A DNA stretch of 64,000 nt, taken from NCBI RefSeq assembly GCF_006345805.1, contig NC_043001.1, positions 122,140,001-122,204,000 of the forward strand, written 5' to 3'. A model generated the notes under the pieces. It saw only the letters and a program-made list of their open reading frames with translations. It made no database searches and was not told the origin of the DNA. The stretch comes from Octopus sinensis (Eukaryota). A program made the position numbers and the translations under genes. Shown here piece after piece: positions 49,268-61,027 of the stretch. Position 1 is the first letter of the stretch. The number at the start of each line of letters is the position of its first letter.

Positions 49268-51257
49268 CTTTTCAATCGGCAGAATTATAAGTTCTGCCGA
49301 TTGAAAGTTGTCTGTATGTGTGTACACTTAATGTAATTCTCAGGGAGATTTAACATGATACATAATGACAAAGCTGAACCTTTAAAATGCAGGTGTAATT
49401 CATTTTTGCCAGCTGACTAGATTGGAGCAACATATCAATTTTGAAAACAAATTAAAGTTACTTATATTTTCTTAAATATTCTCTAGATTAGTGCTATGTG
49501 CAAAACCAACTATATGACGCCCTATGCATAACACCATCATGAACTTCTAACTTATTGTCTCTTGAGGTCTCTGGGTGAGACTTGGAGCCAACTTGTACAA
49601 ATACAAAAGCAAAATTCAAGCGTATGATAATAATAATAATAATAATAATATTAATAATAATACGTACATACATACATACATACATACATACATACATACA
49701 TACACACACACACACTAGTGCTCCGTCGATTACGACGACGAATGTTCCAGTTGATCTGATCAACGGAACAGCCTGCTTGTGAAATTAAGGAGCAAGTGGC
49801 TGGGCACTTCACAGACACACGTCCCCTTAGAAGTGCTTAGGGAGATTCAGCTTGACACAGAGTGTGAATAGGCTGGCTCTGTGAAATACAGGTACAACAC
49901 ATTTTTGTCAGCTAAGTCGACTGGAGCAACGTGAAAAAAAGTGTCTTGCTAACCCTAAGTCATGTGCCCTCACTCACTGTCTGTCTGTCTCTCTCTCTCA
50001 CACACACACATACACACATACACATACAAACATATGCACGTTCACGAGTGATGGGAAGCATGACGTTGAATTCGATGCTAGAATTGCAGTCGTTGGCTCA
50101 GTAATACCTGCTCTGGTATTCCATGCTCAGAAGAGAATTTGGTAAAAAAAAAGCCAGACTCGCTGTCTTCATTTTAGTTTCCTGTCTGCCGTCACCTTTG
50201 GAAATAAATGATGGGTAATGACCGAAGGAGTACGATCGTAAAGAGAAGCAGCCGAAATGAGGTACGTCCAAGGGACTCTGGAATAACGTTACTTGACACA
50301 ATGCGGAGCTCGGAGACCAGGCAAATTCTCCAAGCTGAAATCGCAGCTCTAGCTCTACGAATATGTTATTAGAGAGCCACAGGGAAATACTGCAAGAAGG
50401 ATTCTTCAAGCGAAGTTAACTGGCAGGAGACCTAAAGGTAGAGCAAGAACGAGAAGGTTGGATGATAACCATAGTCCATTTTTGGTCACGCTTGGGAACC
50501 CAGCCAGGAGTATAATGACGGATGGTTGATTAAGGACTATTTTAAGTTTATTTTTTTCCTTAGACTTTTATTTAAGTTCTTCAAGGAGTTCAAACTTGTT
50601 ACTAACAAAGCGACAAGACATTTTGTGATAAAAGAATTCCCGGGGTTTATGAATATGTGGTTGAGTTATATTGTACATGTGAACTTTTAGTTAAAAAATT
50701 CAAACATAACTAAGAAAGAGAAATCGATGAAATAAAGGTTGGACTTAAATAAATATTGGAATTGTTACGATGGACGTGGTCTAGCAAGCGATGTACCAGC
50801 AAGACCACAGTTTACTAAGATAGACTTGTAGAAAAGATCACAACATACAAGTAATATAAGACATAATTCGTATACCTTATCCGTGAAATCATGAAGGTAT
50901 TTCAAGCATTTAGCTGCTTCTTTCCCGTAAGGATGCAAATTGAAGAGAAACTGTGGCCACAACCACGGTGATATTGACTGGTAAGTAATTAGATCAGCTA
51001 TCCTAAAAAATATTATGCAAATTGTCGTTAATTTAGTTAATGTTAATGAAATTAATTATGAACATAAAGGTATTACTTGACAAAACATGCTGGGTCTTGA
51101 GTCGCTTTCGACTGTTAGCGCTGTAGTACATTATAAAGTATATTACGGACGCACATACGCGCTCGCACAGACACAGACATACATACACACATACACATAT
51201 ATGTTAATGTGTGTGTGTATGTATGCGTACCTATGTATTTATCTATCTGTCTGACTG

Positions 51258-51298
<41 letters not shown>

Positions 51299-51342
51299 AT
51301 AATTATTATTATTATTATAATTATATTAACAACAATAACAGC

Positions 51343-51373
<31 letters not shown>

Positions 51374-51375
51374 GC

Positions 51376-51406
<31 letters not shown>

Positions 51407-54400
51407 GTAATAATAATAATAATAACGAACAAAATATGGAACAAAGCCGTAATAGGCAACAAGAAAACATCCAGGCAGAAGATACAGAAAAGGACAGGCA
51501 AAAACAAGGACGGGTTATTCGGAGCTTTTTTTATCATCAGTCGAATTCCAGATCATCGTTGCAGTTTCGCCGGTTACGCACAAGACTGCTCCAATCTGGC
51601 CAGTCCCAAGAAAATTCTAAGATAAGAGCACTAGATCCTTTGAAAGAAAGCAAGCGAATGTATAGGAAATCAAAGACGAAAAAAATTGAGTAATGGTACA
51701 TAATTACAAATACAAACAACAGATCTCTTTCGACTGAGGACGAATTAAATTAAGCTGGCGTGTTACAACGGGAACATAGGAGATGAAAGTCATGGGAAGG
51801 AATATAAGAGGATGCTACACGGATGGTAGTCGAATCAAGAAAGGGCAGTTTTGGAAGAACACTGATCACGTGGAAGGAGAGGAAAGAGGTAGGGGGCAGA
51901 GGGATTGAAGAATTAGGGAGGGACGAGAAAGAGAGAAAAAGAAAGGAAAGGGACAGAGTGAGGTAAAGCAGGAGGAAAAGTGGTGAGAATGAAGCGAAAG
52001 CCAAGAAATGTGAGAGAGGGTGAGCGAGGAAAAGAAAAGTGGAAAGAACGAAACAAGTGTGAAGAGGGCTAAAAGAAAGAGTAAAAGAGTTAAGCGTTGC
52101 CGAAAAGTAACGTTGTTTTTTTTTAAGCGATAGTGCGGCTTCATACCACAGATTGTTTACGAACCGAATAAAAAGTGTCCGAATAATCAGCATAAAGTAG
52201 TAAGCACATTAATGTGGCTATATGATATGCGTGCATATGTTCTGTCTGATATGTTTTGGAAGACAAGGACTTTAGTGAGCTGCACATTCGGCATGGCATG
52301 CTTTACGAATCTCGTAAAGGCAACAGTGTATCATGTGCTAAGGAAAACATAGGTACTTTATATCCTGATGGTTTGAGTATTCGAAAATGCGAAAGGTGGT
52401 TTAAAAAATATATTAAAGAAGGAAATTCGAACTTTTGGATAAATATCAATCTGTTAGAAAAACCATCCGTTTTCACTAATGACACCGTAATTTTAGCAAC
52501 TGAGGACGTCGAGCGTCAAAGTATTTATTTCTTTATTACCCACAGGGGGCTAAACATAGAGGGGACAAACAAGGACAGACAAAGGGATTAAGTCGATTAT
52601 ATCGACCCCACTGCGTAACTGGTACTTATTTAATCGACCCCGAAAGGATGAAAGGCAAAGTCGACCTCGGCGGAATTTTAACTCAGAACGTAGTGACAGA
52701 CGAAATACTGCTAAGCATTTCGTCCGGCGTGCTAACGTTTCTGCCAGCTCACCGTCTCCTCACGCGTCAAAGTATTGACTTTTCCCGGAGGTTTAGTAAT
52801 CCTCGGTCCACAGTGCAAAATTAGCTGAAATAGGTTGAGAAAGTCTATACAGAAGAGAAGCGGGTACCTCATGTACTCTTCTTAGACTTTCACGTATTCA
52901 GATCATTCGAACATTCACAATTATGGGCGATACCAATATGGCATTATAAACATTTTTATTTTCTAAAGAAACTTCATATTTTCCCCCAGGAAAACTCGTT
53001 TCGTGGTGAGTTAATTGTTATTGCTAACAATGATGACTATCTCTTGAATGAAGAAATGTATTAACGATACGTATTATACTTATTTGAAATGCATTATTTT
53101 TCTGTACCTCTAATACATACATACATACATACATACATACATACATACATACATACATACATACATACATACATACATACATACAAGCATGTATGCATGC
53201 ATGCATACATACATACATACATACATACATACATACATACATACATACATACATACATACATACATACATACATACATGCGTACTTACATACATACATAT
53301 ATGCATGCATGCATACATACATACATACTTACATACATACATACATATATACATACATACATGCATGCATACATACATACATACATACATACATACATAC
53401 ATACATACATAATACATAAATACATACATACATACATATATACATATATACTTACATGCATACATATATACATACATATATATACATGTATATATAAAAA
53501 ATACAAAATGGGACAAGAACGCAAAACATCCAAAACATACAAAAAGGTATAACAAAACATCCAGATAGAGGATACAAAGAAAACAAGGACAGGTCATTCG
53601 AAGTTTTCTTTCCACAGTCAAGTTCCAGATTATCTTTGCAATTTCGGCTGGTTATACTCGAGATGGCTCCAATCTGACCAACCCCAAGGAAAAACTAAGA
53701 TAAGCGCGTTAGATTGCTTGGCAGAAAACAGGGACGGAAAAATAGGAGAATGTTATACAAATACAAATAACAGGACATACATACATACTTACATACACAT
53801 ATACATGCATACATGCATACATATATACTTGCATGCATGCACACACACACACGCTTCGGTACTTTATTGTTTATTAATCTTGTATTAATTTACATGTGTA
53901 TATATTACCGAGGTACGTGTGCATGCTCGTGTACGTGTATCTTTTTATGTCCGTTTTGTAAGTTTGTCACAGCAATTTATTGCTATACCTACTTAAGTGT
54001 ACGAGGGGCGTTCAATAAGTAATGTCTCTGGCCCACTTGCAGCTTTTTGATTTAGCTGAAATTTTGCATGTGCAATTATTTATTCCTCTATAGATTAAGT
54101 GGGAAATTACAGCTCTGAACTAATTGTGGTTTCTGATTTACATGTGTTTGAACTGAGTCAAGTGTGAAATGGAGACTGTTGAGTGTCGAACAGTGATCCG
54201 GTTTTTGTATTTGAAAGGACGCACACCACGGGAGACTTTTGCTGAAATGAAAGTAACTTATGGTGATGATGCCCCATCATATGCCCTTGTAAAATGCTGG
54301 CATCGTGAATTCAAACATGGTCGGAACTCTGTGGAAACAGCTCCCAGATCTGGTCGCCCCACTTCTGCCATTGATGAGGTATCTGTCCGTCAAGTTGAGG

Positions 54401-57400
54401 CTGCCATTTTGGAAGATCGACGCATAACTATTCGCCAAATAGTCCATGAGGTCAAGATTAGTACCGGGTCTGTGGAAACTATCATTCATGACTATTTGCA
54501 TATGCAAAAGGTGTCTGCCAGATGGATTCCCAGCAAGAACGCGTCAAGTGCTCGAGGATGAATTTGGAGATGTGCCAAGAAGATGAGTCAAACTTTTTCA
54601 AAAGACTGATTACACAGGATGAAACCTGGGTCCATCACTATGATCCAGAGACCAAAGCCCAGTCAATGCAGTGGAAGCACCGTGACTCACCTCCTCCAAA
54701 GAAGGCAAGTGTGCAGCCCTCCACTGGCAAGATCATGCTCACAGTCTTCTGGGACCAGGACGGAGTAATGATGACATATTTCCTGGCAAAGGGTACCACA
54801 ATTACAGGAGCCTATTATGCTTCACTTTTGAGGAAATTAAGAGAAGCCACCAAAATCAAGAGGCGGGGCAAGATCAGCAAAGGCATCCTCCTCCTGCAGG
54901 ACAACGCTGCAGGACAAGCACAAGCGTGCGGCTATGAACTCCTCCTCCATCCCCCTACTCTCCTGACCTTGCACCCTCTGATTTTCACCTCTTCCCAGCC
55001 ATGAAGTTGTTTTTGAAAGGAAAGCATTTCCCAGATGATGCAGCCTTGATTTCTGAAGTTACGTCGTGGTTGGAGGACCAATGTGGGGTCTTCTACAAAA
55101 ACGGTCTCCAGAGCTGCATCAAACGATGGGAGAAAGGCGTAAATCTGCGTGGTTCCTATGTAGAAAAAGACTAATAACTGCGCCAAGTTTCGTTGCTCTA
55201 CTGCTATGGGAAGTGGGTCAGGGGCATTACTTATTGAACAGCCCTCGTATACTCATACATATGTAAGTATAAATTTTATGTTTCATCATAACTTATAGCC
55301 ATTAATGTATGTAAGATATTTATGAAACAACATACAGTATGTCTAATATAAAAATGTAATCATTACAACTTACCTGCTAACACTTTCAATATATTCTGAA
55401 TGTTCGTTGCCTTGTGCGTTCACACATTTACCCATGGCAGTTTCTGGAGTAATATATAATTTACTTGTGAAATCAATGGCAAACAGCATAAGTTTTATAA
55501 AATAGCAAGAGAAGACAACTAAAAATACACTGGGAAGTCTTTTCTCAGGAGACCAATGTCTCACTCTTCGCTGCACTTATTTTAACTCTGTCTTGCAGCT
55601 CTCGGCAGCGTCCAACCTATTTAGTGCATGATGAAAATCACCTTCAGACGAGCCAAGTAGCACCATATCGTCTGCAAATATCAACTGACCGATCCAACAT
55701 CCACTAATTGATACATCTTCAATAACACCTGCATATGTGTATCCACTTCATCAAAGTATTATGTAATGAGTGAAAGAATACGGTTGCTTCTTCTCCCGTT
55801 TCTTAAGTAATTTCTTACTTAATGTTAATGTTTTCTATCAGAAAGCAACATATTTTATTGGTCAACGTTTACGTCTTGTGTAATTAAACTTGTTTCCCGT
55901 GCTTTGTTTATTATTTTGTGCTGCTGCAATAACCTGACTTCCTCAGTGGAGCTTATTTCTCTAGAGGGAAGAGATCTTTGTGTGAATAGGAGTATATTCG
56001 ACATGTGCAAAGCTGACAAACGTCATTTCTATCCTAGTATGGGACAGGTGTTCAGAGTGTCTCCAAGATAATATTCAGAGAGAAATATATCTGGAGGGCG
56101 AGACAACGACTGACCATGGTAAACAAATAATAATCTTTTCTAATTTAGGCACAAGGTCCGAAATATTTTGGGAGGGGGCCAGTCGATTAGATCGACACCA
56201 ATACGTAAATGGTACTTAATTTCTCGACTCCGAAAGGATGAAAGGCAAAGTCGACCTCGGCGGAATTTGAACTCAGAACGTAACGGCAGACGAAATACCG
56301 CTCAGCATTTCGCCCGGCGTGCTAACGATTCTGTTAGCTCGCCACCTTAATAATAATAATGATAAAAAAAAATGTTCGGAGATAAAACTATCAACAAAAA
56401 AATACAGACGAATACAGATCTGCTAGCCTGAAGAAGCTGCACTACGAGCAATGCTTACGTGTAGAGAACCCTAAACTGACAGATCCATCTCCTAATATAA
56501 AATGGAAGGTCGTCATGCTTCAATGTCAACAAATCAAACAATAAACCGCATTGGTCGTCGCGCGGATTACAAAAGACCACGTACCCGAAAATTGAACCAA
56601 ATTCTGATTGAAAAATCAGCTACTGGATCAAATCTTCCCAACACACAGGAGCTGGACGTACCCCACAACTGGAATATTCCAACAGATGGCCATCCATGCT
56701 CGTCACCAAATAATCAAAAGAAAAAGAAGGAAAAATGATCTAGGGAAGATAATAAAGAAGTTCTTGAGGCCTTCTACCATGCCATATATTTCCCCACAGA
56801 TAAATCTAACACTGTACAAACATACTTAAACTGGAGACAGAAACACCCTGAAGTAAGACCCTACATAGACAATAACAAACATGCCAACGTCAGAAGAAAC
56901 ATTATAAAAAAAAATTACTGACTGAAGTAGAGATTGGTCAAGTTAGACAAGCAGTAACGGATAGAATGAGCGAAGCTGCAGCTAGAGAAGATAATACAGA
57001 GGAAATAATTATAGACAAGCCCAGGGCTGACAAAAACGAAGTAAGGATTGAAAAAGTTAGTATAAGTGATAGGCAAAGTGAAATACTCCCTGAACCAAAT
57101 ATAAACACTAAGACAGATGAACATCAAATAGATGAAGAAAGTCACACAAATATTGACCCGACAGAACTACATGAGCTAAAAAGTCAAATCATGATTGAAT
57201 GGCTGAAAATTAAAGAAACCAGTATGGATGAACGTGATACACTCCCTAAAATCCGCAACTCTAACCAAAACATGAAAATAATTGGTAAAATCCGGCTTGC
57301 ACTTAAGGATATAATTTCAGCTAATGATGTTGATATCACAGATCTCAACCACCTATACTATGCATCCGCGAAAATCTCAACGATCCTATGTGGTGAAAAG

Positions 57401-60386
57401 ATTAGAAAACGGCAACATTTCCACAAAAAGCCTTCTTGGGAAGAGCGCCTGCAACAACAAATTAAACTATTTAGATCTGACATTGAATATTTGAAAAACC
57501 TTAAGGTTCACAAGACTACCAAACCTACAAAAACCCCAAAATTGCGGAAAAAATACAATATGAAAACTATACTTGATATTGATGCCACCATAGAAACCAT
57601 CAAACAAAAGGTATCTGCCAAAGCTGCCCGCATAGCGAGGTATGAAAAGCGTGTTTGATTTTTCAAGGACAACAACATAACAAAAATAACCCCAAGAATT
57701 TTTACAGGAAGATAGGAAAAACAGCGTTTACTGCAAGGTCTGTACCATCAAAAGAAGAAGTGCAGGGATTTTGGAATAAAATTTGGGCAGAAGAAAAAAC
57801 ACACAACGAAAAGCCCCCCTGGATTGACAGAATATCTACAGAACTGGACCCCTTAGAAGAGCAAAAGTGGGAGGGTGTCAAGGTAGAAGATATAAGATCT
57901 GCTCTCAGGAGGTCAAGCAAATGGAAGTCTCCAGGAAAGGATAAAATTCCTAACTTCTGGCTGATTGCCTTCCCAGAGAGCCATGAACTGCTAACAGAAC
58001 TGTACAATGATGTTTTGCAACACCCTAATAGGATGCCTCCATGGCTAGTTAATGGGTTAACATTCTTGCTTCCAAAAAGTGAAGAAACAAATGAACCAAA
58101 AAAACTATAGACCCATAACCTGCTTAACAACTATGTACAAAACGCTAACATCTGTCCTGACGGAATATACTTATAGTTTTTTAACAGACAGCAGCATATT
58201 CCCTAATGAACAGAAAGGATGTAAACGTGGATCCTACGGCTGTAAAGATCAACTACTCATCAATAAGATGATCTTAGAAGATTGTCACAACCGACACAAA
58301 AACTTATCAATAGCCTGGATAGACTATAAAAAGGCTTTTGATAGCCTACCAAATAGCTGGATTAGGAAATTCCTGGAAATGTATAAGATAGCACCTACTC
58401 TGCGAAACTTTTTGACTGTAAGTATGAGATCATGGAGAACCACACTAACTCTGAACAGTGACAATGAATCCCTAAATGCTGGTGATGTAAAAATTTCGTG
58501 TGGCATTTTCCAGGGTGACTCACTGTCACCACTCTTCTTTTGTTTAACCTTAATACCTCTCTCAAAACTGCTCAATGATGCGCAGTACGGGTATAAAATG
58601 TTTGATAAAAATATAAATCATCTCATTTACATGGATGATTTAAAGCTTTTTGCAAAAAATGACCAACAACTCAAGGGCTTACTAGCGATAGTCAAACAAT
58701 TCAGTGACGACATCAGAATGCAATTCGGCCTCGATAAATGTGCAAAAGCTACCTTTATCAAAGGAAAAATGACAGAAACATCTAACGTTAACCTTGACCA
58801 GCAGAATGTCATAAAAGAACTAGACCCAGCGGAGAGCTACAAATACCTAGGGGTAATTGAAGGGAACGGAATAAGGCATTCAGAGATGAAGGAAAGGATC
58901 AGGAGAGAATGCTATCGAAGAGTGAGAGAAATACTCAAGACAGAGCTGAATGCAAGAAACAGGATCGAAGCGATCAATGCATTAGCCATACCAGTCGTGA
59001 CTTACAGTTTCAATATCGTTAACTGGTCAATTACTGAAATATGTAATCTTGACAGAAAAATAAGAAAACTTTTGACAATGCATAGAATGCACCACCCTAA
59101 GGCAGATACAGAACGACTTTATCTGCCAAGAAAAGAGGGAGGCCGTGGTCTTTTGCAACTGGCAATAACAATGAATATTGCTACAATTGGCCTAGACACC
59201 TACCTGAAAAACTCTGAGGACTGGATGTTAAAACTTGTCTCAAAACATGAAAACAAGAAAGCATCATACTCAGTAACAAAACAGGCAAAGGAATATCTAA
59301 GTGAATTCCGAATACAACCAATTTCGGAAGTAGAGATAGACATACAAGAAACAAGCACAGAAAAAGCTAGGCGCATGAAAACCCGTGCCAAAAACTGCGG
59401 CCTTAGATATTCTGAATAATAAATGGCAAGAAAAACATCTCTATGGCAAATACCCAAAGAGAGCGAATAATGCAGATATTGACAAAGCCCTGACCTATCA
59501 ATGGCTAATGCCCTCTGGCTTAAAATCTGAAACAGAAGGGTTTATCATAGCAGCTCAAGATCAATGCCTACCAACAAGAAACTACCAGGCCAACATATTA
59601 AAGAACGGCAGTAGCCCAACATGTCGTGTATGCCGACAACAAAATGAAACCATTGATCATGTTGTCTCCAAATGCAGTCTTCTAGCGCCTACAGAGTACC
59701 TCAACAGGCATAATAGAGCTGTACAATATATTCACTGGGTAATTTGAAAAAACCTGGATTTGCCCCAAGAAAAAAACTGGTGGGAACACAATCCACCTCC
59801 AGTGCTTGAAAATGACCACATCTCACTCCTCTGGAACTTCACCATTCAAACTGACAGAAAGATAGATGCAAATAAGCCAGACATCATATTGAAAGACTTC
59901 AGACAAAGAACATGCCTCCTCATTGATATGACTGTCCCAATCGATATAAACGTATCTGTCAAGACCTACCAAAAACTGAGCAAATATAAAGATCTTGAAA
60001 TAGAAATCAGCAAAATGTGGAACCTGAAGACTAAAACAATACCTGTTGTCATAGGTGCCCTGGTAATGATAGCGAAAGGGGCTGATTGCTACCTAACTCA
60101 GATACTAGGAAACCCCAAAATGGCAGAAATTCAAAAGATAGTGCTCATGGGAACTGCTCATTTCCTACGCAAAATACTCTCTATGTAATCCCAAGGTTTA
60201 AAACAAACTTTTTTTTCTTTTCTTTTTTTTAAATTTATGTATTAGACATTCACTAGTACAACACCAAAAAAACCCCCAAATATATGGCACACTAGGCATA
60301 ACAACAACGTGAACTTCCAACCTGTTGTCTCTTGAGGTCTCTGGGTGAGACTTGGAGCCAACATGTACAGACAAAAGTCAAACATA

Positions 60387-60464
<78 letters not shown>

Positions 60465-60760
60465 TATTCATGCGGATGAGGAGGAGAATGATGAGGATAA
60501 TTGTGATCATGATATTAAAAATAATGTGAACATAAGGTAGAGTGGCAGCATATAAAGATATGACTTTACCTGTTATAGTATCCAAAGCAAAATTTGTAAT
60601 ATACGGGCGAATATTGAATTCTCCTTTACCAACCATTTTGTCCAGTTTCTTACATAGTATATTTGATTGGTTCTGCATTACAGTAAGGAAATTATTCAAA
60701 ATGTTATAATGGAAGGATGGTGTCAACATCTTCCTCGATTTGAACCATTTTGATCCTGTA
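38072..60760 (-). CDS. CYP4V2: Cytochrome P450 family 4, CYP4V2-like, 5'-partial; join(60760-60570,55443-55374,51002-50876,48216-48040,46287-46185,44701-44637,41473-41407,40604-40428,38229-38072)
   Basis: Nine GT-AG exons splice in frame. They contain WxxxR (KWFKSRKMLTPSFH), the CYP4 I-helix EVDTFMFEGHDTTA, ExxR (KEVQR), PERF-like FDPDRF and the heme motif PFSAGPRNCIG. Exon sizes 191/70/127/177/103/65+67/177 versus human CYP4V2 exons 4-10 as recalled: 191/70/127/186/103/135/180. One-to-one orthology not proven. Confidence 0.92.
39612..40078 (+). mobile_element. CORE-type SINE family B, full length, in CYP4 last intron
   Basis: Complete head, CORE block, (TA)n(TG)n and GTAAAAGAG tail. Confidence 0.88.
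40345..40420. repeat. (CAA)n microsatellite just inside the intron after the heme exon
   Basis: Direct reading; explains the poly-Cys run in ORF 40306..40641. Confidence 0.9.
40428..40604 (-). CDS. CYP4V2: CYP4V-like exon (=exon 10), 177 nt, heme-binding PFSAGPRNCI-G
   Basis: atttacag| ... |gtaagt. Confidence 0.95.
41407..41473 (-). CDS. CYP4V2: CYP4V-like exon 9b, 67 nt, EVQRLYPSVPIIGRVSAEDFKI-G
   Basis: ttttttgtttaag| ... |gtaagt; not in the ORF track. Confidence 0.88.
41760..42490 (-). mobile_element. Possible degraded Penelope-like 5' fragment
   Basis: CTGAAGA core at ~42455-42449 inside a 45-bp stretch shared with 21735-21780, followed by broken coding-like sequence; weak. Confidence 0.3.
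42900..43170 (+). mobile_element. Non-autonomous Helitron-like element
   Basis: A|TCTCTTATTATAAAAG start; GCACAC...GTGTGC hairpin then CTAG (followed by A rather than T). Confidence 0.5.
43704..44098 (+). mobile_element. Non-autonomous Helitron (395 bp)
   Basis: A|TC...CTAG|T ends; CCGAGCAAAGCCGGG hairpin ~12 nt before CTAG; internal ~115-bp direct repeat. Confidence 0.85.
44637..44701 (-). CDS. CYP4V2: CYP4V-like exon 9a, 65 nt, G-ENEELTLSNIKKLFYLECIIK
   Basis: ctttttattcaag| ... |gtaaac; not in the ORF track. Confidence 0.88.
46185..46287 (-). CDS. CYP4V2: CYP4V-like exon (=exon 8), 103 nt, GHDTTAAGISWTLYFIAAYPNVQKKLQKEVDDFY-G
   Basis: ttcctccag| ... |gtgagt; not in the ORF track. Confidence 0.93.
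48040..48216 (-). CDS. CYP4V2: CYP4V-like exon (=exon 7), 177 nt, VIEERS...AFLDTLL...LREEVDTFMFE
   Basis: ttgttatag| ... |gtgagt. Confidence 0.93.
48290..48860 (-). mobile_element. Bipartite (internally deleted) RTE-clade retroelement
   Basis: RTE-type 5'UTR (GGCAGCCCAACTAGGAGAAGGAAACTCCGATTTCAAACCTCCGCTGCCTTGCGG) joined to C-terminal FTCTICGRDCHSMIGLHSHTRKCR* and a (GAC)n tail. Confidence 0.7.
49480..49662 (+). mobile_element. 5'-truncated Dong 3'UTR copy followed by (AAT)n
   Basis: TTGTCTCTTGAGGTCTCTGGGTGAGACTTGGAGCCAAC is identical to 60324-60361. Confidence 0.85.
50045..50520 (+). mobile_element. RTE-clade LINE 3' remnant
   Basis: SDGKHDVEFDARIA...EAAEMRY...RRILQAKLTGRRPKGRARTR across frameshifts. 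Confidence 0.7.
50876..51002 (-). CDS. CYP4V2: CYP4V-like exon (=exon 6), 127 nt, IADLITYQSISPWLWPQFLF...LHDFTDK
   Basis: ttttttag| ... |gtatac. Confidence 0.92.
51430..51720. repeat. Unclassified dispersed repeat; second diverged copy at 53490-53770
   Basis: Shared AACAAGGAC.GGT.ATTCG.AG...GCTCCAATCTG.CCA..CCCAAG.AAAA..CTAAGATAAG. Confidence 0.7.
52200..53000 (+). mobile_element. Degraded mariner transposase remnant interrupted by a family-A SINE (52525-52765, TSD GCGTCAAAGTATT)
   Basis: HIRHGMLYESRKG...YPDGLSIRKCERWFKK; later GTSCT/WVPHVL-like region; 13-bp TSD seen on both sides of the SINE. Confidence 0.75.
53110..53480. repeat. Long (TACA)n microsatellite
   Basis: Direct reading. Confidence 0.95.
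54002..55247 (+). mobile_element. Full-length mariner (D,D34D) element, transposase 54169-~55175 disrupted
   Basis: TA|CGAGGGGCGTTCAATAAGTAATGTCTCTGGCCC ... GGGTCAGGGGCATTACTTATTGAACAGCCCTCG|TA; WIP, ITQDETWVHHY, LQDNA, frameshifted YSPDLAPSDF. Confidence 0.95.
55374..55443 (-). CDS. CYP4V2: CYP4V-like exon (=exon 5), 70 nt, E-TAMGKCVNAQGNEHSEYIESVS-R
   Basis: actccag| ... |gtaagt. Confidence 0.92.
55545..55745 (-). mobile_element. RTE-clade RT remnant
   Basis: QLIFADDMVLLGSSEGDFHHALNRLDAA. Confidence 0.75.
56361..60387 (+). mobile_element. Near-full-length Dong/R4-clade non-LTR retrotransposon (RT + CCHC + REL), antisense in CYP4 intron
   Basis: KSPGKDKI, NYRPITCL, EQKGCKRG, WIDYKKAFDS, GIFQGDSLSP, YMDDLKLF; CRVC..ETIDHVVSKC; KPDII..LLIDMTVP..K..KYKDL; (TAA)4 on the left, (AAT)n 60388-60461 on the right; broken into about 6 ORFs. 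Confidence 0.93.
60570..60760 (-). CDS. CYP4V2: CYP4V-like exon (=CYP4V2 exon 4), 191 nt, TGSKWFKSRKMLTPSFH...FALDTIT-E
   Basis: ttttcag| ... |gtaaag. Confidence 0.92.
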
Positions 60761-61027
60761 CTGAAAATAGCAATCAAAGAATAACACTTGAATATTTCAT
60801 TAATTTTAAGGAAGTTTTATAAATAGTTATTTTTTCGAGAAATAAAATAACAGCAACTGGAAAATGAAAATCATAAGTCGCAGCTACTTTTGTTCTATTG
60901 ATGTTCTCGTTTTTGTTAGTTCCCCCTTGCCAGAACTGATTAAGTAGATTCATGGCCAAAAGCATTCAAGCGTTGATCAAACAATTTGGGTTTAAGGACT
61001 CCTAACTTCCAGCTCGCATCTTTAACC

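Noticed and set aside
51750-52193. 147-aa hydrophobic ORF
   Set aside because: Translation of a degenerate purine/pyrimidine low-complexity tract.
53024-53621. Many ORFs of MYVC/HTYI type (also 771-1070, 22082-22708, 51115-51693)
   Set aside because: Products of microsatellites.
60774-60965. ORF with NENINRTKVAATYDF, superficially like CYP4V2 exon 3
   Set aside because: No PWLGxGLL motif and no fitting splice sites; exons 1-3 are presumed to lie beyond 64000.
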